Below are positions 26,630 through 32,000 of a DNA stretch of 32,000 nt, in pieces. Within the stretch, counting starts at the first letter, position 1. Every line of letters begins with the position of its first letter. The notes beneath the pieces are model-generated. The model was not told the origin of the DNA, did no database searches, and saw only the letters and a list, made by a program, of their open reading frames with translations. Source of the DNA: Candidatus Saccharimonadota bacterium. GTDB lineage: Bacteria; Patescibacteriota; Patescibacteriia; 2-12-FULL-60-25. The stretch spans positions 300,001 through 332,000 of the forward strand of contig CP060222.1 of NCBI GenBank assembly GCA_023898425.1, given 5' to 3'. A program made the position numbers and the translations under genes.

Positions 26630-29206
26630 ATGCAAGACAAAATCATCATTCGCGGTGCTCGCGAACACAATCTTAAGAATATCTCTCTTGAGATCCCACG
26701 TCACAAAATGACCGTATTTACGGGACTTTCTGGTTCAGGAAAGTCCTCTTTGGCTTTTGATACGATCTTTGCCGAAGGTCAACGCCGTTATGTGGAGTCT
26801 TTGTCGGCATATGCCCGTCAATTTTTGGGGCAAATGGATAAGCCTGATGTTGATGAGATCGAGGGTTTATCACCAGCTATTTCGATTGATCAAAAAGCGC
26901 ACTCAGCAAACCCTCGTTCTACGGTGGCAACGATTACCGAAATCTACGATTATCTACGTGTGCTTTATGCACGTGCAGGTAAGCCGCATTGTCCGGTTTG
27001 CCAAAAGCCGATTCAAAAGATGACGGTTGATGAAATGGTTGATCGCATCCTAAAGAAAACAGATGAGATCCATGCAGGGGCTGCTACCACAGCCATCGGT
27101 GATGCAAAACCAAAGAAAAGTGCAAAGAATGCAAAACTCACCAATGAGTTAGTGATTCTTGCACCAGTTGTTCGTGGACGTAAAGGCGAATACCATCAAC
27201 TTCTTCAAGATCTTTTTGAATCGGGTTTTAGTGAAGTGCGTGTTAATGGTAAGTGGCATAGTCTTCGTCAACCGATTGATCTTGAGCGTTATGACCGTCA
27301 TACCATTGAGGTAGTAACGGATCGCATCCCGCTTGGATGGCCAATCGCCAACAATAAAGGCTTGCAATCACGTTTGAGCGAAGCAATGGAATCTGCGCTA
27401 GATCGTGCTAATGGAACCGTGACGGTTATTATGGATGACTCAACCGAAGTGATGATGTCGGCAAAATTTTCTTGTCCAGACGATGGTTTTGCTTTTCCAG
27501 AAATCGAGCCGCGTTTATTTTCGTTTAACTCACCTTATGGTGCTTGTCAGACATGTAATGGTATTGGCACAGAGTCGCTTTTTTCTGACGAAAAATGTTC
27601 AGAATGTGACGGCGCGCGTTTGCGTAAAGAGGGCCTCTTTGTCTGGATTGATGGCAAGAGCATTGTCGAAGTAACAAATCTTCCTATTAATGAAGCGGCG
27701 GATTTCTTTTTGAAATTGTCTCTTGATCCAACAGCAATGGCCATTGCCGAGCCAGTATTGCGCGAGGTGATTTCGCGCCTCTCTTTTTTATTGGATGTTG
27801 GTTTAGAATATCTCACGCTCAATCGCACCGCAGGGACACTTTCTGGTGGAGAGGCACAGCGTATTCGTTTAGCCTCGCAAATTGGTTCGCATCTTGTGGG
27901 TGCTTTGTACGTGTTAGATGAGCCAACCATTGGCTTGCATCAACGTGATAATAAACGCTTGATCGATACGCTCATCAAGCTACGTGATCTTGGCAATACT
28001 ATTATCGTTGTTGAACATGATGAAGACACGATTCATGCAGCAGATCATTTGGTGGATATTGGTCCAGGTGCTGGTGTTCATGGTGGTGAAATTGTTGCCG
28101 AAGGTGCTATGCCAGGCGTCTTGCAAAATAAAGATAGCTTAACATGTGCCTATTTACGTGGCGATAAAACGATCAGCTATCCACACAAACGTCGTCCAGC
28201 GGGTAAGGCATTTTTAGAAGTAAAGAAAGCAACAGAAAATAACTTGAAGAATGTGAATGCCAAGATCCCTCTTGGTCGCATGGTGTGTGTAACGGGTGTA
28301 TCAGGTTCTGGTAAATCTACCTTGCTTATTGATGTGATGTATCGCGAACTCGCCAAACATCTTAATGGCGCCACAACAAAACCAGGTGCACACGGAGGTA
28401 TCGAAGGACTAGATTGGATTGATAAAGTTGTTGATGTGGATCAAAGCGCTATCGGACGAACTCCGCGTTCGAATCCAGCGACCTATACGGGTATCTGGAA
28501 TCATGTGCGTGAGCTTTATTCGCTCACGCCTGAGGCGCGTATTCGCGGTTATAAAGTAGGGCGTTTCTCTTTTAATGTCGCGGGTGGTCGTTGTGAGCAT
28601 TGTGAAGGTAATGGACAAATCGCGATTGAGATGCACTTTTTGCCAACGGTGTATGTGCCTTGTGATGTGTGTAAGGGCAAGCGCTTTAATCGTGAGACGC
28701 TTGAGGTGACGTATCGTGAGAAGAATATTTCTGACGTGCTCAATATGACGATCGAAGAGGCGAGTAAATTCTTCCGTGATATCCCTGTGATTCATGACCG
28801 TACGAAAATCCTCGAAGAAGTGGGTTTGGGATATCTAAAGCTTGGTCAAAGTGCAACCACGCTCTCTGGTGGAGAGGCACAGCGCATTAAGCTTTCTAGT
28901 GAACTCGCAAAACGTGATACGGGCAGAACATTCTATCTTCTCGATGAGCCAACAACGGGTCTTCACTTTGAAGATATTCGTAAGTTGCTCGAGGTGCTTC
29001 ATCGTCTTGTTTCGCGCGGTAATACGGTTGTAATTATCGAGCATAATCTCGACGTCATTAAAAATGCCGATTGGATTATTGATATGGGCCCAGAAGGTGG
29101 TGACAAAGGCGGCACCATTGTCGCTCAAGGCACACCAGAAGACGTCGCCAAGAATCCAAAAAGCTGGACGGGTAAGTATTTGAAAGAGGTGTTAAAGAAG
29201 CGCTAA
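26630..29206 (+). CDS. uvrA: Excinuclease ABC subunit A (short form lacking the insertion domain)
   Basis: Two ABC ATPase modules ([18 protein letters not shown], 2x LSGGEAQR), a C-terminal Zn finger (CEHCEGNG...CDVCKGKR), and 858 aa in total. Confidence 0.95.
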   Translation: MQDKIIIRGAREHNLKNISLEIPRHKMTVFTGLSGSGKSSLAFDTIFAEGQRRYVESLSAYARQFLGQMDKPDVDEIEGLSPAISIDQKAHSANPRSTVATITEIYDYLRVLYARAGKPHCPVCQKPIQKMTVDEMVDRILKKTDEIHAGAATTAIGDAKPKKSAKNAKLTNELVILAPVVRGRKGEYHQLLQDLFESGFSEVRVNGKWHSLRQPIDLERYDRHTIEVVTDRIPLGWPIANNKGLQSRLSEAMESALDRANGTVTVIMDDSTEVMMSAKFSCPDDGFAFPEIEPRLFSFNSPYGACQTCNGIGTESLFSDEKCSECDGARLRKEGLFVWIDGKSIVEVTNLPINEAADFFLKLSLDPTAMAIAEPVLREVISRLSFLLDVGLEYLTLNRTAGTLSGGEAQRIRLASQIGSHLVGALYVLDEPTIGLHQRDNKRLIDTLIKLRDLGNTIIVVEHDEDTIHAADHLVDIGPGAGVHGGEIVAEGAMPGVLQNKDSLTCAYLRGDKTISYPHKRRPAGKAFLEVKKATENNLKNVNAKIPLGRMVCVTGVSGSGKSTLLIDVMYRELAKHLNGATTKPGAHGGIEGLDWIDKVVDVDQSAIGRTPRSNPATYTGIWNHVRELYSLTPEARIRGYKVGRFSFNVAGGRCEHCEGNGQIAIEMHFLPTVYVPCDVCKGKRFNRETLEVTYREKNISDVLNMTIEEASKFFRDIPVIHDRTKILEEVGLGYLKLGQSATTLSGGEAQRIKLSSELAKRDTGRTFYLLDEPTTGLHFEDIRKLLEVLHRLVSRGNTVVIIEHNLDVIKNADWIIDMGPEGGDKGGTIVAQGTPEDVAKNPKSWTGKYLKEVLKKR

Positions 29207-29238
29207 GCTCCGTAATTACTAATTTTACGCTATACTAA

Positions 29239-29607
29239 ATGCATATGACACAAGAAATAACGAAAAAGACACTCACCAATACGCAAAAATGGCTTTATAG
29301 CGCAGGAATATGGCTTTTATTGGTTTTGATTTTTGCGATCTTTAATGTCGTTATTTACGTCAATAAAGCAGCGCCTGGTTTGCCGGTGTCAGAGGCATTT
29401 GCTATTGGCTTTGAGGCTTTTACATCAATGGTAAAGCTATTAGTTGTATTGCCTGCATTGTGGATTGTTAGCATCTATCAATTAGTAACAGGAAGTGACA
29501 GCGTTTTTAAGGGTACAGAGCTTGCAATGACGGCATTTCTTTGGGCAACACCTTATGTTTTTGTTCCTTTGTCCTATTGGATAATGGGAAAGGTGAGTAA
29601 AAAGTAA
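29239..29607 (+). CDS. Hypothetical small membrane protein
   Basis: 122 aa with 3-4 hydrophobic segments. Confidence 0.45.
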   Translation: MHMTQEITKKTLTNTQKWLYSAGIWLLLVLIFAIFNVVIYVNKAAPGLPVSEAFAIGFEAFTSMVKLLVVLPALWIVSIYQLVTGSDSVFKGTELAMTAFLWATPYVFVPLSYWIMGKVSKK

Positions 29608-29609
29608 AC

Positions 29610-29787
29610 GCTTTCTCCGCCGACGCTCGTCGCGCGGCACCTCTTTCACTTCGTGAAAAAGGGGATTAGGTTAGCCGAATATATTTTTTATCCGTTCATC
29701 TCTTTTGAGATAAACGTAAGGAACAATCCACTTCCTCCCTTTCACGAAGTGAAAGGGATACCCCAGCGAAGCGCAGGGGAGGGTAAA
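29610..29787. repeat. Imperfect ~60-bp inverted repeats around an AT-rich centre, with perfect 16-nt inverted cores
   Basis: CTTTCACTTCGTGAAA (29642-29657) and its exact reverse complement TTTCACGAAGTGAAAG (29739-29754). The flanking arms are partially complementary. Confidence 0.6.
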
Positions 29788-29794
29788 GCCTCAT

Positions 29795-31120
29795 ATGATA
29801 CCTTCTGACATCCGCATCAAAAATGATGCTCTGCCTGATACTCCAGGTGTTTATCTCATGAAAGATCAGCGTGGGAAGGTTTTGTATGTGGGCAAAGCGG
29901 TAAATCTAAAGCGACGTGTACAACAGCACTTTGATCGTCCACACGGGCCATTCATTCAAGAAATGACACCGCTGGTGCGTGAGATTGATTATATCGAAAA
30001 AGGCACAGCGATTGAGGCATTGATTCTTGAAGCAAACCTCATTAAACACTATTGGCCTAAGTACAATGTCTTACTAAAAGACAATAAGAGCTTTATGTAT
30101 TTGGTCATTACGGATGAAGAATATCCACGACCAATTCTTAAGCGCGCAACGGATCTACTTCCAGAAGAAGAAAAAACTTCGCTGGCCATTTTTGGACCGT
30201 ATCTTTCAGCGCGCTCATTGCGCGTGGCGTTGGATTTGGTGCGTAAGGTTTTTCCGTGGTCGACTTGTGTGCCACCAAAACCCCCTTCCACAAATGTGGG
30301 AAGGGGGCAGGGGGTAGGGGTTGCGAAGGCCTGTTTTGATTATCAAATAGGTCGTTGTCCCGGCGTATGCATTCGTAAAATTGATGCAAAGACGTATAAA
30401 GCAACCATACGTCATCTGATAAAGTTTTTTGAAGGCAAAAAAGAAGACATTGTAAAAGGTTTGACCAAAGAAATGACAAAGCTCGCCAAAGCAGAAAGGT
30501 TTGAAGAGGCAGCAAAGATTCGTAATCAACTTTTCTCGTTAGAACATATACAAGATATCGCACTTCTTATGCGTGATGAGCCTGAAGCGCGTACCATTAA
30601 GCGTTCAGAAGGGGAGATTGATATTTATGGACGTATTGAAGGATATGATATTTCGCATATTAGTGGCACATCACAAGTGGCGAGTATGGTGGTCTTTCAA
30701 AATGGCGCACCTGCTAAAGCGCAGTATCGTAAGTTTAAAATCAAAACTGTAGAGGGTTCCAATGACGTTGGTTCGTTAAAAGAAGTGCTTACACGTCGTT
30801 TAAAGCATGACGAATGGCCGCTTCCGCAACTATTATTGATTGATGGTGGCAAGCCTCAAGTGCATGCTGTAGAGGAGGTGGTTCGTGAACTTGGCGTACA
30901 GGTGCCTGTTGTTGGGATGGCAAAAGGGCCAGAGCGTAAACGTACGGATCTTATCTGCTCAGATCGGAGTCCAAGTTTATGTACATTATTAGAACCGCAT
31001 ATTGATTTGTTGACGCAAGTACGTGATGAATCGCATCGTTTTGCTATTACGTTTCATCGTAAAGTAAGGAGCGCCGCATTTATTGGTAAAAAATCATCTA
31101 CCAAAACGAAGCGTAAATAG
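29795..31120 (+). CDS. uvrC: Excinuclease ABC subunit C (short form lacking the C-terminal (HhH)2 domain)
   Basis: GIY-YIG N-domain (GVYLMKD...VLYVGKAVNLKRRV), a Cys-rich segment (CFDYQIGRCPGVC), a UVR domain (ERFEEAAKIRNQLFSLEHI), and an endonuclease domain (IEGYDISHISG...FKIK, ESHRFAITFHRK). Confidence 0.9.
   Translation: MIPSDIRIKNDALPDTPGVYLMKDQRGKVLYVGKAVNLKRRVQQHFDRPHGPFIQEMTPLVREIDYIEKGTAIEALILEANLIKHYWPKYNVLLKDNKSFMYLVITDEEYPRPILKRATDLLPEEEKTSLAIFGPYLSARSLRVALDLVRKVFPWSTCVPPKPPSTNVGRGQGVGVAKACFDYQIGRCPGVCIRKIDAKTYKATIRHLIKFFEGKKEDIVKGLTKEMTKLAKAERFEEAAKIRNQLFSLEHIQDIALLMRDEPEARTIKRSEGEIDIYGRIEGYDISHISGTSQVASMVVFQNGAPAKAQYRKFKIKTVEGSNDVGSLKEVLTRRLKHDEWPLPQLLLIDGGKPQVHAVEEVVRELGVQVPVVGMAKGPERKRTDLICSDRSPSLCTLLEPHIDLLTQVRDESHRFAITFHRKVRSAAFIGKKSSTKTKRK
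30281..30320 (+). repeat. C-run hairpin + G-tract element, copy C (inside uvrC)
   Basis: CCCCCTTCCA-CAAATG-TGGGAAGGGGG followed by CAGGGGG-TA-GGGG. Confidence 0.8.
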
Positions 31121-31134
31121 TGTATACTGTCGGC

Positions 31135-31371
31135 ATGATCGCGGTATCGCTCTTTTTGTGTTGGACGCTCGGAACAATGGCGGTGCTTCTTGTTGTTTTA
31201 GCACTCTATTTGTATTTCTTTTCCTATCATCCAAAAACTGTAGAAGATTGCGCAATTATATCTGATGCAAAAGAAAAAAAACTTCCAAAGGGTAAAGTGT
31301 TAAAAATCATGACGTGGAATCAAGAATTCTTTGGTGGGAGAAATCACGTCTATTTTTTGATCTTCCGCTAA
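31135..31371 (+). CDS. EEP (endonuclease/exonuclease/phosphatase) family protein, N-terminal fragment (TM anchor + first strand), ends at a frame break
   Basis: TM helix MIAVSLFLCWTLGTMAVLLVVLALYLYFF followed by VLKIMTWNQEFFGG, which is typical of the first EEP strand. There is a stop 4 codons after a T6 run. Confidence 0.6.
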   Translation: MIAVSLFLCWTLGTMAVLLVVLALYLYFFSYHPKTVEDCAIISDAKEKKLPKGKVLKIMTWNQEFFGGRNHVYFLIFR

Positions 31372-32000
31372 ACGAGGGTAAGCGTATTACCGTAGAAGAG
31401 TCAGAGCTACGACGTAATAAAAACCATCTCGTAAAAATTGTTAAAGCTGAAGACCCAGATATTTTGCTTCTGCAAGAAGTTGACGAACGTTCTTCGCGGA
31501 CACGCATGCATGATCAAGAAGAAGAATTAGCAGAAAAGCTCAAAGAGTACCCGTATCGCACTTCTGCTTATTACATAAAGTCTGGATTTCATCCACATCG
31601 TCATATCTTGAGACCGTGGAGAATGAAGCTTGTTATTTTTTCAAAATATTCGATCAATGAGGCGAAACGATATCAGCTTAGTATCAAGCCGGCACTCTGG
31701 ATCGTTAGACTATTTTATTTAAAGCGTTGTGTATTAGAAGCGCGTATTCCTTTCGCAGATGGCGGCCATTTTTCTGTTATGAATACGCATTTAGATGCTT
31801 ATGCGCAGGGATCAAATACGATGGCAAAACAGGTTAAAGAAATTAAAGCTTTGCTGACAGAGAGGACAGATCAAAAAATTCCGTGGGTCATTGGAGGTGA
31901 TTTCAATTTGCTACCTAATGACCAGGCGAGAGCATCTTTAGCAGATGACCAAGCAGAGTATTATAACCCACATACAGAACTCCATTATCTCACAAAATCA
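31314..32000 (+). CDS. EEP family protein, catalytic portion in the -1 frame (3' end outside window)
   Basis: The frame is open from 31296 to the window end. EEP motifs present are DPDILLLQEVD, VIFSKYSI, SVMNTHLDAY and PWVIGGDFNLLPND. Confidence 0.75.
   Translation, partial: MESRILWWEKSRLFFDLPLNEGKRITVEESELRRNKNHLVKIVKAEDPDILLLQEVDERSSRTRMHDQEEELAEKLKEYPYRTSAYYIKSGFHPHRHILRPWRMKLVIFSKYSINEAKRYQLSIKPALWIVRLFYLKRCVLEARIPFADGGHFSVMNTHLDAYAQGSNTMAKQVKEIKALLTERTDQKIPWVIGGDFNLLPNDQARASLADDQAEYYNPHTELHYLTKS

Noticed and set aside
27547-28795. Several 60-128-aa minus-strand ORFs antisense to uvrA, with similar ones antisense to uvrC at 30049-30563
   Set aside because: They lie entirely within strongly supported conserved genes. 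They are shadow ORFs.

Overview
This is a compact bacterial chromosome segment of about 44-45% GC. It uses the standard code, with TGA as a stop. The tightly packed short genes, the many secreted or membrane-anchored hypotheticals and the trimmed-down repair proteins suggest an uncultivated small-genome lineage such as Patescibacteria/CPR, but that is inference only. Recognisable genes are ligA, gatC, gatA, lgt, a trxB-like reductase, three DsbA-like oxidoreductases, a Fur-family regulator coupled to a CooC/MinD-type ATPase, tRNA-Ser(GGA), and a 1158-aa LamG/SdrD-B/PG-binding surface protein. There is also a TfoX-N / GIY-YIG / META gene run, and an XRE regulator with a small membrane protein next to a thioredoxin lipoprotein and a split DipZ-type (CcdA + CINC thioredoxin) gene. 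The remaining genes are a Pif1-like helicase, a Nudix hydrolase, uvrA, uvrC and an EEP-family nuclease/phosphatase. I saw no CRISPR array, rRNA, transposase or integrase. The most unusual signal is a short nucleotide-level repeat: a C-run/G-run hairpin followed directly by GGGGGCAGGGGG-type G-tracts. It sits in-frame inside three DNA-repair or nuclease genes (ligA, a GIY-YIG gene, uvrC) and is read in a different codon phase in each. Its hairpin core also recurs as an ordinary intergenic terminator. All three coding copies are G-quadruplex-capable on the sense strand, and a Pif1-family helicase is encoded in the same window. Other points of interest: UvrA lacks the insertion domain, UvrC lacks the C-terminal (HhH)2 domain, and two single-gene GC-rich (~56%) islands are present, one downstream of the Fur-CooC pair. 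Two -1 frame breaks fall at homopolymers (the dipZ-like and EEP genes). Identical 26-nt terminators bracket the surface-protein gene. A 16-nt perfect inverted repeat pair lies upstream of uvrC, and a TGTAAAG-type palindrome recurs around the XRE/thioredoxin module.
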